Assembly: GCA_016189965.1 (NCBI GenBank)
Contig: JACPRL010000160.1
Span: 1-32,929 of the forward strand
Length of the DNA stretch: 32,929 nt
Direction: 5' to 3'
From: Acidobacteriota bacterium
GTDB taxonomy: Bacteria; Acidobacteriota; Terriglobia; Acidiferrales; 2-02-FULL-67-57
Part shown: piece by piece, positions 7,127 through 15,529 of the stretch
Numbering within the stretch: the stretch's first letter is position 1
Layout: every line of letters starts with the position of its first letter
Notes under the pieces: generated by a model
What the model saw: only the letters and a program-made list of their open reading frames with translations
The model's database searches: none
What the model was told of the DNA's origin: nothing
Position numbers and translations under genes: made by a program

Positions 7127-7897
7127 GTGGAGATTCATCCGACCGCAGTGGTGCACAAGAAGGCGCGGCTGCCAGCGCAGGGCACCATCGGCCCCCTCTG
7201 CGTGGTGGAAGAGGATGTGGAGGTAGGCGAGGGGACGCGCCTGGAGTCGCATGTGGTGCTGCACAACGGGGTGAGGCTGGGGCGCGACTGCCACCTGCAC
7301 GCCGGAGTGATTCTGGGGCACCTGCCGATGGTGCGCGGCGAGCGGATCGAGCGCAGCTACGTTACGGTGGGCGACCGCACGGTCTTCTTTCCCCACGTGA
7401 CCGTGGAGCGGGCGCACGGCGAGGGCGAAACCACCCGCATCGGCTCGGACTGCTTCATCATGACCGAGGTGCACATCGGGCACAACTCTGTGCTCGGCAA
7501 CCACGTCACGCTGGCGAGCGGCGTGGCGCTGGGCGGGCATTCGGTAGACGAGGACTACGCCTTCCTCGGCGGCGGCGCGGTGCAGCACCAGCACGTGCGG
7601 GTGGGCCGGCTGGCGATGGTGGGCGGGAACGTGCGCATCATCCAGGACGTGCCGCCCTATCTGCTGACGGCCGACTTTGACGTCGCCGCGAAGGGCCTGA
7701 ACCTGGTCGGGCTGCGCCGCTACGGGATGGCGGCGGAGAAAATTGCGGCCCTGAAGCGCGCCTACATGATTCTTTACCGCTCGAAGCTGCCGCTGCGGGA
7801 GGCGCTGGCGAAGATTGAAAAAGAGGTAGCGACCGAGGAAGCGCTTTACCTAGTGGAGTTCATCCGCCAATCGAAGCGCGGCATCTGCCGGGAGTAG
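7127..7897 (+). CDS. lpxA: acyl-ACP--UDP-N-acetylglucosamine O-acyltransferase
   Basis: Hexapeptide beta-helix with [23 protein letters not shown]. The characteristic C-terminal helical domain is present ([30 protein letters not shown]…[12 protein letters not shown]). GTG start preceded by GAGAGGAG. Confidence 0.9.
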   Translation: MEIHPTAVVHKKARLPAQGTIGPLCVVEEDVEVGEGTRLESHVVLHNGVRLGRDCHLHAGVILGHLPMVRGERIERSYVTVGDRTVFFPHVTVERAHGEGETTRIGSDCFIMTEVHIGHNSVLGNHVTLASGVALGGHSVDEDYAFLGGGAVQHQHVRVGRLAMVGGNVRIIQDVPPYLLTADFDVAAKGLNLVGLRRYGMAAEKIAALKRAYMILYRSKLPLREALAKIEKEVATEEALYLVEFIRQSKRGICRE

Positions 7898-7943
7898 GCT
7901 GCGCGGAGGCTTCGTGCAACGTGCATCGGCACAACCCGAACAA

Positions 7944-7970
7944 CCCTTCGGCTTCGCTCGGAATGGCAAC
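7944..7970 (+). repeat. copy of the CCCTTCG…TTCGCTC interspersed repeat family
   Basis: CCCTTCGGCTTCGCTCGGAATGGCAAC. The CTCGGAATGRCAA part also recurs at 30917-30929. Confidence 0.5.
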
Positions 7971-8009
7971 TGCAGGAATGCGGCGACTTTTCAGCGCCGG
8001 GGCTTGGAG

Positions 8010-8156
8010 CTAGTCGTCAAAATTGATCTGGTCAATTAGAGAGGAGACAGCCGCTTCCAGACGAGCTTCCTCGCGGGCAGCCTTGCCGGTCAGGCGCTCA
8101 AAATAGGCGGAGGTATCTCGCTCCAAGCGAGTGGGTCGAGCTCTGGGGGCGGGCAT
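8010..8156 (-). CDS. candidate small protein, 48 aa (MPAPRARPTRLERDTSAYFERLTGKAAREEARLEAAVSSLIDQINFDD)
   Basis: This ORF is below the track threshold. ATG at 8156-8154, stop at 8012-8010. A sigma70-like promoter is placed correctly upstream (8177-8205) and a GGAG sits at 8171-8168. GC3 is lower than in neighbouring genes. No family recognised. Confidence 0.3.
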   Translation of the reverse strand: MPAPRARPTRLERDTSAYFERLTGKAAREEARLEAAVSSLIDQINFDD

Positions 8157-8176
8157 GAGTCAGCGAACTCCGTTCC

Positions 8177-8205
8177 AAAATAGGCCACGCTAATCTCATC
8201 GTCAA
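8177..8205 (-). promoter_or_regulatory. sigma70-like promoter TTGACG-17-TATTTT upstream of the 48-aa ORF
   Basis: On the minus strand, TTGACG is at 8205-8200, followed by a 17-nt spacer and TATTTT at 8182-8177. It lies in a lower-GC stretch between the LpxL-family stop and the small ORF. Confidence 0.35.
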
Positions 8206-8248
8206 GGGGACAAAGCGGGCGATAGACGATGGGAGAAATATGCGTCTC

Positions 8249-9274
8249 TCAGCGTGGGTAGAGAGGTGGCTGGCCGGGCGGGCGGGTGGCCCAGCGGCGG
8301 TGAATCCAGAGCCAGTGGTCGGGGTGGCGGCGGATGACCTCTTCGAGCACACGGTTGAAGCAGGCGGTGTTTTCCAGCATGTCGCGCTCAGGGTCGCCGG
8401 TGCGCACCAACTCGAGCGCCGGCTCGAAGCGCAGCCGGTAGCGCTGTAGCCGTCCATCCCAGAGTAGGAAGACGGGGACGACGGCAGCGTCGGTGCGCAG
8501 GGCCAGGCGCGCCAGGCCGGCGGTGGTGCTGGCGGGGAGGCCGAAGAAGTCGGCGAAGAGGTTCGCGTCGCCTTCGAGCACGTTCTGGTCCATCAGCACG
8601 CCGACGGCGCCGCCGGCGCGAAGCTGTTGGAGGATGCCGCGGGCGGCGTGGCGGCGGTCGAGGGCGCGGTTGCCGCCGCGGCAGCGGTAGCGGTTGACCA
8701 ACGCGTCCACCAACGGGTTATCGAGCGGGCGGTTGACGTAAGCCAGCGGATAGCCCTGGAGCGAATGCATGAAGGAGCTCAACTCCCAGGCGCCGACGTG
8801 CGCGGTGAGGTAGAGGACGCCGCGGCCGCGGGCCGCCGCCCGCTGGTAGTTCTCGAAGCCGTCGTAGACGACGACGTGGCGGATGCTCTCCGGCGTGTGG
8901 CGCGGGAAGCGAGCGAACTCCGCCAGGTGCCAGCCCAGGTGGCGGAAGGAGCGGCGCAAGATGCGCCGGCGCTCGCGCTCGGACAGCTCCGGGAAGGCCA
9001 GGCGGAGGTTGATCAGGCCGACGCGCCGCCAGCGGGGATGAAGCCAGAACAACAGGCCTCCGAGCGCGGCTCCCACCGGGCGCGCCATGCCTCGCGGTAG
9101 CGAGCGCAGCAAGACAAACAGGCCAACAACGGCGACGTATTCCAGCCGGTTGCGCCAGGGAGGCCGCTCCGGGTTCGTCGGCGTTCCCGCCCGCGAGTCT
9201 GTCCCGCTGAGCGGGACCCCTCCGGCGGTGTCGAGCTGCTGAGGAGCAGTGTGGCGAGACGGCGCCATGGTCAC
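8249..9274 (-). CDS. lipid A biosynthesis (Kdo2-lipid IVA) late acyltransferase, LpxL/HtrB family
   Basis: N-terminal membrane anchor, then LRLAFPELSERERRRILRRSF…, the acyltransferase motif LTAHVGAWE (HxxxWE type) and GVLMDQN. The start is 15 nt after the upstream hydrolase stop; GTG 9274 or ATG 9268. Confidence 0.85.
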   Translation of the reverse strand: MTMAPSRHTAPQQLDTAGGVPLSGTDSRAGTPTNPERPPWRNRLEYVAVVGLFVLLRSLPRGMARPVGAALGGLLFWLHPRWRRVGLINLRLAFPELSERERRRILRRSFRHLGWHLAEFARFPRHTPESIRHVVVYDGFENYQRAAARGRGVLYLTAHVGAWELSSFMHSLQGYPLAYVNRPLDNPLVDALVNRYRCRGGNRALDRRHAARGILQQLRAGGAVGVLMDQNVLEGDANLFADFFGLPASTTAGLARLALRTDAAVVPVFLLWDGRLQRYRLRFEPALELVRTGDPERDMLENTACFNRVLEEVIRRHPDHWLWIHRRWATRPPGQPPLYPR

Positions 9275-9289
9275 TCGGTGGCCCAGTCT

Positions 9290-10279
9290 TTAACGGCGCG
9301 CGGCCACGGGAAGGTTACGCAGGAAGAAATTGACCACCACATTTTCATAGGCCAGCCGGTCGGCTTCCGACATCAAGCCCGTCTGGGTGCTGGGGAGTTG
9401 GGCGAGTTCTTTGGGCGGGTTGGCCTGGTCGTAGAGCTCGCGAGTCATCTCGGCCAGGTCGGGGCTGTCCTGGCCGATGATGAACAGTTTTGGCACGCCG
9501 GCCAGTTGGTCGAGGGCCGCCCCTGGAGCCGCCTGGCCGCTCTGGAAAAGTGCGAACACGTGAAACTGCAGCGCGGTGACGGTGCCGAGCAAGGGGATGA
9601 TGCTGGTGCCGAGGCGTCGGAGCTCGCGGCCGAGCAAGGCTGAGGGTTTCGGATAGACGGAATCAAGCGCGAGGGCTTTGACGCCCGGCACGCGCGGGGC
9701 GGCGCTGAGAGCGGCGTAGGCGCCGAGCGAGTGTCCCCAGAGGCCGATGCGGTTCGGGTCCACGTCGGCACGCTCGGAGAGCATCTGGAGCGCCGCCAGC
9801 ACCTCGTCGCTCTCGCGGTAGCCCAGGGTGGTGTAGCGGTTGGGGCTTTCGCCGTGGCCGGAGAGATTGAAGGCCAGGACGTTGTAGCGGTGTTGCTGCA
9901 GGGAGGTGGCGAGGGTCAAGACCTCGGCGCGGCTGGAGCGATAGCCGTGGCAGAGCAGAATCACCGGGGCGCCGCGCGAGCCGGGGAAAAACCAGGCGTG
10001 ATGCATCTTCCCTGAGGGGCTGGGGAATTCGACCGACTCGGCCGTGCCCAGCAGCTTGGTGGGGTCGAAGGACTCGCCCACCTGGGCGGGGGTCATGGCC
10101 CGCCAGAGGAAGAAGCCGCCCACCACAGCCAGGGCCAGGAAGGCAAAGACGAGCAAGACCAGCAGCGCCGCAGCGGCCTTGCCCCCCCGAGTGGTGGGAT
10201 CGCGCAGCTCGGTGAGCAGCCGACTCAGGAGTGCCAGCGGGCCCCGTTCCCGGCGGCGGGCATAGCGCAGCGTGGCCAC
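9290..10279 (-). CDS. membrane-anchored alpha/beta hydrolase (about 330 aa)
   Basis: TM segment AAALLVLLVFAFLALAVVGGFFLW, then LLCHGYRSSR, the nucleophile elbow GHSLGA and a C-terminal lid/His region. The 629-aa track ORF is trimmed to GTG 10279 because its upstream part is antisense to the GNAT gene. A GGAGAG and a TGn-TAAGAT promoter precede that GTG. Confidence 0.8.
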   Translation of the reverse strand: MATLRYARRRERGPLALLSRLLTELRDPTTRGGKAAAALLVLLVFAFLALAVVGGFFLWRAMTPAQVGESFDPTKLLGTAESVEFPSPSGKMHHAWFFPGSRGAPVILLCHGYRSSRAEVLTLATSLQQHRYNVLAFNLSGHGESPNRYTTLGYRESDEVLAALQMLSERADVDPNRIGLWGHSLGAYAALSAAPRVPGVKALALDSVYPKPSALLGRELRRLGTSIIPLLGTVTALQFHVFALFQSGQAAPGAALDQLAGVPKLFIIGQDSPDLAEMTRELYDQANPPKELAQLPSTQTGLMSEADRLAYENVVVNFFLRNLPVAARR

Positions 10280-10308
10280 AGGCGATTCAGACTCTCCGTC
10301 AGTGCCGC

Positions 10309-10317
10309 ATCTTACCA
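10309..10317 (-). promoter_or_regulatory. extended -10 promoter (TGG-TAAGAT) for the hydrolase/LpxL operon
   Basis: On the minus strand, TGGTAAGAT spans 10317-10309, about 30 nt upstream of GTG 10279. Confidence 0.35.
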
Positions 10318-10352
10318 CAAGCGAAGAGGGCTCGGTGTCGAAGCCCAGGGTG

Positions 10353-10358
10353 TATAAT
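10353..10358 (+). promoter_or_regulatory. -10 box TATAAT for the GNAT gene (very short leader)
   Basis: TATAAT at 10353-10358 lies only 17 nt before ATG 10376, and no Shine-Dalgarno lies between them. Confidence 0.4.
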
Positions 10359-10375
10359 GAAGCCAAAAGCCGCCC

Positions 10376-11389
10376 ATGGCTGTCGCACCCCGCTTTGCCG
10401 CCTTTGAAGTGGTTGACCTGCGCCTGCTGCGGCCGGCGGTTCTGGCGCCGCTGTTCGAAGAGGAGCAGCGGCACTGGTGGGAGGAGCTGCGGTGGGACTA
10501 CCGCCCCTCGGTCGAGCTGATCCAGCGGCACATCGAAGCCCGCAGCCTGCCCGGGTACGTCGCCCTGAGCCAGGGGCAGGTAGCCGGCTACTGCTTTTTC
10601 GTCTACGAGGACCACAAGGGGTTGCTGGGCGACCTCTACGTTCTGGCTGCCCGCCGCCAGGAGCGCCCGTATGGCAACAGCGCCGGCATCGCCTCCCTGC
10701 TGCTCGAACATGCGCTTGAAACCCTGGAGCAATCGCCCAATGTGCGGCGCGTGGAAGCGCAACTGATTCCCTTCGGGCTGGAGCCGCTCGACCCTCTCTT
10801 CCAGACTCACCACTTCCGCTGCTTTCTGCGGCTGTTTATGCGGCGGCGGCTCGTGCGGCAGGAGCCCTGGCCCGCGGCGGCGAGCCCGGTGCCCGGCATC
10901 GAGTTGCGCCCCTGGGATGACCGCTATTTCGAAGCGATGGCCGAGCTGATCGTGGGGGTGTACAGCGGGCACGTCGACAGCCTCATCAACGACCACTACA
11001 GCAGCCGTGCCGGGGCGATGCGCTTTCTGAAGAACATCGTCATCTTTCCCGGCTGCGGGGTTTTCCAGACCGATGGCTCCTTCGTGGCGCTCGAAACCAG
11101 CCCCGGCGGGCGCGTGCATTCGCTCGAGCGGCTGGCGGGCGCCGTGCTCGCCTCGCAGGTGGGCCGCGGCGAAGGACACATCACCCAGATTTGCCTGCGA
11201 CGCGACCTGCAGGGGCGGGGTCTGGGGCGGCGGCTGCTCGAAGCCGCGCTGGGACGGCTGGCCGCCCGCGGCTTCGCCGGCGTTTCCCTCACGGTGACGG
11301 CAGAGAATCAGGCGGCGGTGAAGCTCTACCGGCAGCTCGGCTTTGAGACCATCAAAGAGTTCTCCGCCTACGCCCGCAACCTAAAATAA
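10376..11389 (+). CDS. GNAT family N-acetyltransferase (two GNAT-like halves), 337 aa
   Basis: The C-terminal half carries the acetyl-CoA motif LQGRGLGRRLLEAAL…VSLTVTAENQAAVKLYRQLGFE. The N-terminal half is GNAT-like (GYCFFVYEDHKGLLGDLYV). Confidence 0.85.
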   Translation: MAVAPRFAAFEVVDLRLLRPAVLAPLFEEEQRHWWEELRWDYRPSVELIQRHIEARSLPGYVALSQGQVAGYCFFVYEDHKGLLGDLYVLAARRQERPYGNSAGIASLLLEHALETLEQSPNVRRVEAQLIPFGLEPLDPLFQTHHFRCFLRLFMRRRLVRQEPWPAAASPVPGIELRPWDDRYFEAMAELIVGVYSGHVDSLINDHYSSRAGAMRFLKNIVIFPGCGVFQTDGSFVALETSPGGRVHSLERLAGAVLASQVGRGEGHITQICLRRDLQGRGLGRRLLEAALGRLAARGFAGVSLTVTAENQAAVKLYRQLGFETIKEFSAYARNLK

Positions 11390-11401
11390 GAAAGAACGAA
11401 A

Positions 11402-11463
11402 CTCGAAACCCTTCGACTTCGTCCCGACAAACGTCGGGACTTCGCTCAGGGCAGGCTCGAAAC
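11402..11463 (+). repeat. 46-nt interspersed-repeat copy with an internal 8-bp hairpin, flanked by the 8-nt direct repeat CTCGAAAC; probable bidirectional terminator
   Basis: CTCGAAAC occurs at 11402-11409 and 11456-11463. The core is CCTTCGACTTCG-TCCCGACAAACGTCGG-GACTTCGCTCAGGGCAGG. The hairpin GTCCCGAC-aaac-GTCGGGAC is at 11421-11440. The element sits between convergent genes. Confidence 0.6.
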
Positions 11464-11482
11464 TGGAAAAACGGCGAATAGA

Positions 11483-11833
11483 CTACAGGTGGTCGAGTTC
11501 GTCTTCCTCCAGGCCGAAGTAGTGGCCGAGCTCGTGCAGGACGGTCAGGCGCACTTGCTCGCGGATTTCTTCCTCGGAGTCGCAGACAGCCTCGATGTTT
11601 TTCTGATAGAGAAAGACCTGGTCCGGGGGCCCGGGCTCGAAGAGGCTCTTCTCGGTGCGGGGGACGCCGACGAACTCGCCCAAGAGCAAGTCCTCGTCGT
11701 CGGCCGCTTGACGCTGCTGGCCCTGCGGGTAATCCTCGACGATGACGACGACGTTCTCGAGCAGTTCGCGGTAGCGCTGGGGGAGCGCGCCTAGCGCCTG
11801 CTCCACCAACCGCTCGAACTTTGCGCGCTCCAT
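11483..11833 (-). CDS. metallopeptidase family protein (zincin-like, DUF1025 type), 116 aa
   Basis: HELGHYFG zinc motif near the C-terminus and the typical N-terminus …LPQRYRELLENVVVIVEDYP. Confidence 0.85.
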   Translation of the reverse strand: MERAKFERLVEQALGALPQRYRELLENVVVIVEDYPQGQQRQAADDEDLLLGEFVGVPRTEKSLFEPGPPDQVFLYQKNIEAVCDSEEEIREQVRLTVLHELGHYFGLEEDELDHL

Positions 11834-11865
11834 TCGTTGCTCACTCCTGAGTGCCAGGGCTCAGA

Positions 11866-13029
11866 CTACTTCTGGTAGGTGACGCGGAAGCTGGTCGCGC
11901 CGCGGTCATCTGAGATGTAGAGCGCTCCGTCGGGGCCGGTCTTGACGTCCACCGGGCGGTGGTGCACCCGCCCGCCTTTCAGCCATACGTCCACGAAATC
12001 TTCCATCGCCACCGGCCGGCCGTCTTTGAACCGCACCCGCACCACCTTATAGCCCGTCGGCACTGAGCGGTTCCACGAGCCATGGAAGGCGATGAAGAGG
12101 TCACCGCGGTAGGCGGGCGGAAACATCGCTCCGGTGTAGAACTCGAGCCCCAGCGCCGCCGAATGCGCCGGCAGCTCGAAGGTCGCCGGCACGGTTCCGG
12201 CACAGCGCTCCGGCGAGCCCATCTCCGGGTCGGGCACGCGGTTGCCGTAGCAGTAAGGCCAGCCGTGGTCCTCGCCCCGCCGGACGAGGTTCAGCTCATC
12301 CGGCGGCAGGTCGTCGCCCAGCCAGTCGCGCCCGTTGTCGGTCGCCCACAGGTCGCCCGTCTCCGGCTGCCAGGTGAACCCGACGGCGTTGCGCAGCCCG
12401 CGCGAAAAGATTTCCATCTTGAAGCTGTCGGGGTTGAAGCCCGCCTTCGCCAAGGCTTCGGCGGGCAGGCGGAGGATGGCAGCGCGGCGCTCGTCGGCCT
12501 CGCGGCAAACGTTGCAGCTCGAGCCGACCGAGACGTAGAGCGCGCCGTCAGGCTGACCCGCCGGAGCCTTGGCGGAGGCGGGACCGAAGCCCACCGTGCG
12601 GGTGAAGTGCATCTCGCCCGCCGGCAGGTCGCCGACCACCACCTGCGTCTCGTCGGCGCGCAGGTCGCCGTCGGTGTCGCGCAGCCGGATGACGCGGTGC
12701 GTCTCGCCGACGTAGAGCCAGCCGTCACGCCAGGCCACGCTGTGCGGCGTGTGCAGGCCGCTGGCAAAGACGATGACTTCATCGGCGCGGGCGTCGCGGT
12801 TGCGGTCGGGCAGCGCGTAGACCTTGTCGCTGTTCGAGCCGACGTAGAGCACGCCGTCGGGCCCGAAGGCCATGAAGCGCGCCCGCCCCACTCCCTCGGC
12901 AAAGACGGTGAGCTCAAAGCCCACCGGCAGCCCTTCTTGCTGCGCTGCCGGCCGCCCCTCCGTTCCCCGGCCACACGCCCCCGCCAGGACTGCAGCCACA
13001 AGCACGGCAACGACGCGAAGCGGCTTCAT
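11866..13029 (-). CDS. PQQ-dependent sugar (glucose/sorbosone) dehydrogenase family lipoprotein, 387 aa
   Basis: Lipobox signal (VLAGAC). Beta-propeller motifs typical of soluble GSDH/sorbosone dehydrogenases ([34 protein letters not shown]…[11 protein letters not shown]). RBS GAGGGAGTGAG. Confidence 0.8.
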   Translation of the reverse strand: MKPLRVVAVLVAAVLAGACGRGTEGRPAAQQEGLPVGFELTVFAEGVGRARFMAFGPDGVLYVGSNSDKVYALPDRNRDARADEVIVFASGLHTPHSVAWRDGWLYVGETHRVIRLRDTDGDLRADETQVVVGDLPAGEMHFTRTVGFGPASAKAPAGQPDGALYVSVGSSCNVCREADERRAAILRLPAEALAKAGFNPDSFKMEIFSRGLRNAVGFTWQPETGDLWATDNGRDWLGDDLPPDELNLVRRGEDHGWPYCYGNRVPDPEMGSPERCAGTVPATFELPAHSAALGLEFYTGAMFPPAYRGDLFIAFHGSWNRSVPTGYKVVRVRFKDGRPVAMEDFVDVWLKGGRVHHRPVDVKTGPDGALYISDDRGATSFRVTYQK

Positions 13030-13054
13030 CTCACTCCCTCTTGCCTCTACCCGA

Positions 13055-13630
13055 CTAGGCCGGCGGCCGTTCGGCAGGGCGTCGCTGGCGACTAAGATTG
13101 CTGATGCTGGTGATGCTGCTGTAAGCGACCTGGTGAATCTGGCCCTCGGGCCCTTCCAGCTTCACCACTCGCGCTCCCATCCCCACCACCCGGCCGCTCA
13201 GAAAGGCGTTCGAGTTCAGCACCACCTGGTCGCCCACCGCCATCGTCCCTTCCAGCAGGATCGAGATGCCGGACACCAAGTCGCGAATCAGATCCTGCAT
13301 CCCCAGCGCCAGCACCAGCCCGCCCAGGCCCAGGCCGGTCAGCAGGTGGATGGTGGGCACGCCCAGGATGTAGAGCCCCAGCAGAAGCACGCCCAGGACC
13401 ACCACGTACCACACCAGGCTTTGAATCACCTCCACCAGCGTCACCAGCCGCTGGTCTTTCACCCGCGCTCGCACCAGCCGCCGCACCAGCGCCCGCGAGA
13501 CCCGAAGAAAAATCCGCGCTCCCACCAGCAGCGCGCCGAGCACGAGCAGTCTCTGCCCCAGCTCCGCCCAGAACCAGGGGTCGATCAGGGTCTGCCAGGC
13601 CTTCCAGAGGATGTGCGGTTCGACGTCCAT
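13055..13630 (-). CDS. small-conductance mechanosensitive channel (MscS family), about 191 aa
   Basis: Three TM segments, then the pore-helix-like [28 protein letters not shown]…VGDQV. The start is placed at ATG 13630 (RBS GGAGAAGGTGAG) rather than track start 13717, which would overrun the divergent promoter region. Confidence 0.8.
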   Translation of the reverse strand: MDVEPHILWKAWQTLIDPWFWAELGQRLLVLGALLVGARIFLRVSRALVRRLVRARVKDQRLVTLVEVIQSLVWYVVVLGVLLLGLYILGVPTIHLLTGLGLGGLVLALGMQDLIRDLVSGISILLEGTMAVGDQVVLNSNAFLSGRVVGMGARVVKLEGPEGQIHQVAYSSITSISNLSRQRRPAERPPA

Positions 13631-13713
13631 CTCACCTTCTCCGTCCGGGCCAACGCGACAGCCAGTGCGACGCCGGCGATTTCTTGTGCGCGAGGCCCCA
13701 TGACGGGAAAGAC

Positions 13714-13726
13714 GCATTATACTGGC
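13714..13726 (-). promoter_or_regulatory. -10 element shared by the divergent mscS-like/ppa pair (TATAAT on -, TATACT on +)
   Basis: The minus strand reads CGCCAGTATAATG, identical to the 13-mer at 7081-7093. TATAAT is at 13721-13716 and the + strand TATACT is at 13718-13723, 37 nt upstream of the ppa ATG. Confidence 0.4.
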
Positions 13727-13759
13727 GTTCTGTTACCGCCGAGCGAAAAGGAGCTGAGG

Positions 13760-14308
13760 ATGCTGCATGCGTGGCACGACGTGCCCTGCTACTGCGATGA
13801 GGCGAAAAAAGACTTCCACGTCATCATCGAAGTCACCAAGGGCTCGAAGGTGAAGTACGAGCTCGACAAGCCCAGCGGCATCCTGCGGGTCGACCGCATC
13901 CTCTACAGCTCCATCGTCTATCCGGCCAACTACGGCTTCATCCCGCAGACCTACTGCGACGACAACGATCCGCTCGATGCCCTGGTGCTCAACACCGAGC
14001 CGGTCGAGCCGCTCTCCATCGTCCGCGCCCGCGGCATCGGGGTGATGCGCATGGAGGATTCGGGCAAGAAGGACGACAAGCTGATCGCCGTGCACCTCGA
14101 CGACCCCGAGGTTGCCCACTACGCCGACATGAAGGAGCTGCCGCCGCACCTCGAGCGCCAGATCCGGCACTTCTTCGAGGAGTACAAGGTGCTGGAGCAC
14201 AAGAAGGTGATTGTCGAGGAGTTCCTCGGCCCCGACGTGGCGCAAAAGATTCTGCGTGAGGCGGTCGAGCTCTACCGCCGCGAAGCTTCCCGCCTCCGCC
14301 CCCGCTAA
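13760..14308 (+). CDS. ppa: inorganic pyrophosphatase (family I)
   Basis: [13 protein letters not shown]…[22 protein letters not shown]…DDKLIAV, the classic family I PPase signature. RBS AAAGGAG upstream of ATG 13760. The upstream part of track ORF 12872-14308 is antisense to other genes. Confidence 0.95.
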   Translation: MLHAWHDVPCYCDEAKKDFHVIIEVTKGSKVKYELDKPSGILRVDRILYSSIVYPANYGFIPQTYCDDNDPLDALVLNTEPVEPLSIVRARGIGVMRMEDSGKKDDKLIAVHLDDPEVAHYADMKELPPHLERQIRHFFEEYKVLEHKKVIVEEFLGPDVAQKILREAVELYRREASRLRPR

Positions 14309-14369
14309 GCAGGGGGGGAAAGGATGGGTCAGCCGCGAGAGCCGATCCATCGCTTGTTTGCGGATAGCC

Positions 14370-15308
14370 CTATCGGATGGTGAGCGTCAGCGGCCGGTCG
14401 AGCTGCAGGGCCAGCTCGGAGCCGCGGCGGAGTTCCACGTCCTTGCCGCGCGTCAGCAGCACCAGGCCGGTCCCGGCGGCTGCCCCGCTGCCGGCGCCGA
14501 TGGCCGCGCCTTTGCCCCCACCCGCGATGGCGCCGATGGCGGCTCCGATGCCAGCGCCCGCGCCGACGGTGGCGGCGTCGCGCTTTTTCGACCCTTCGCC
14601 TTTGACTGTCCCTTCCTCGGTTACGGTTTCCTTCTCGCCTTCATCGAGCTCAGAGAGTGAGGCGGAGAGGTCATAGCGTTGGCCGTCGGGCAGCTCGAGC
14701 GTGTCAAAGCGCAGCCCGAGTTCCCCCCGGCCCTTCACCCGCCCGGGGCGCTCGAGGTGCGCCACGCTGCCGCGAATGACGCTCCCCTCCGGGATGGCCA
14801 GCGTGTCGCCAACGCGCACCGCCCGGTTCACCACCCCGTTGAACGGGTCGCCTTCGCGGTTCGTCTTCGTGCTCAAGGAGGTGTTGAGGCTAAAGAAAAT
14901 TTTTGTCCCTTCGGCCAGCAGGACCCGGCGCAGCTCGACCCGCGGCGCCTCGCTGGCAGCCTGCGCTGGTGCGCCGGCCGGCGCGGAAGCCGTAGTTGCT
15001 TCAACAGGGGCCGCCGGCGAGGCTGTTTGCGGCTCGGCCGCCGCCGAGGTTCGGCGCGGCGCGGCCCTTCGGGGTGCCGGTTGGGTGTAGGCCGGTGCCG
15101 GAGCTGCTTCTTGCGTGGCCGCTGGCGGCACGGTGTTGACGGCGCTCTCGCTGGCTTCTTCCGCTACTGGAGCACGCAAGCGCTGCATCTGCCAGCCCAG
15201 GAAGAAGGCTGCCGCCACCAGAATGATGACCACCGGAACCCACACTTTGGCCTTCATCCCCTCCACTTGGCGCCGATCAGGCGCGGAGAAAAGTTTCTGC
15301 GTCTGCAT
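14370..15308 (-). CDS. membrane-anchored hypothetical protein: TM, Pro/Ala-rich linker, beta-rich domain and C-terminal glycine zipper
   Basis: TM segment VWVPVVIILVAAAFFLGW, followed by about 90 aa of P/A-rich sequence. Next comes LLAEGTKIFFSLNTSLSTKTNREGDPFNGVV…IPEGSVIRGSV…GRVKGRGELGLRFDTLELPDG. The C-terminal glycine zipper is GAGAGIGAAIGAIAGGGKGAAIGAGSGAAAG. The start is uncertain (ATG 15308 or 15257). Confidence 0.65.
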   Translation of the reverse strand: MQTQKLFSAPDRRQVEGMKAKVWVPVVIILVAAAFFLGWQMQRLRAPVAEEASESAVNTVPPAATQEAAPAPAYTQPAPRRAAPRRTSAAAEPQTASPAAPVEATTASAPAGAPAQAASEAPRVELRRVLLAEGTKIFFSLNTSLSTKTNREGDPFNGVVNRAVRVGDTLAIPEGSVIRGSVAHLERPGRVKGRGELGLRFDTLELPDGQRYDLSASLSELDEGEKETVTEEGTVKGEGSKKRDAATVGAGAGIGAAIGAIAGGGKGAAIGAGSGAAAGTGLVLLTRGKDVELRRGSELALQLDRPLTLTIR

Positions 15309-15384
15309 CGCATCACGTCCGGTCTCCTTTTTGGACTCCCCGCCGCCGCGCCGGGTTGCCCACCCCTGTTGTTCATCTTTCTCG

Positions 15385-15413
15385 TTGACTCCGCCGGGTT
15401 GCGCCCGCAGAAT
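15385..15413 (+). promoter_or_regulatory. sigma70-like promoter TTGACT-17-CAGAAT upstream of the DPP-IV-like gene
   Basis: TTGACT at 15385-15390, a 17-nt spacer, then CAGAAT at 15408-15413. It lies about 115 nt upstream of ATG 15530. Confidence 0.4.
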
Positions 15414-15529
15414 CGCTTGCATTCGCCTTGCGGCGACACCGCCCGAATGCACCCTTCACTGAAATGGAGGCGAACAGACGTACCGCGGGAGTTCGGTGCC
15501 CAGAGCTCGATCGTCCACGGGAGGTCGCG

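Noticed and set aside
10280-11179. The N-terminal 300 aa of the 629-aa track ORF 9290-11179 (-)
   Set aside because: This part lies antisense to the well-supported GNAT gene (10376-11389) and has no hydrolase-like sequence. A GTG with a promoter and SD at 10279 gives a normal membrane-anchored alpha/beta hydrolase.
12082-13759. ORF 12082-13095 (+), ORF 12291-13010 (-) and the upstream 296 aa of ORF 12872-14308 (+)
   Set aside because: These are shadow frames over the PQQ-dehydrogenase and MscS genes. Only the last 182 codons of 12872-14308 (from ATG 13760) match pyrophosphatase.
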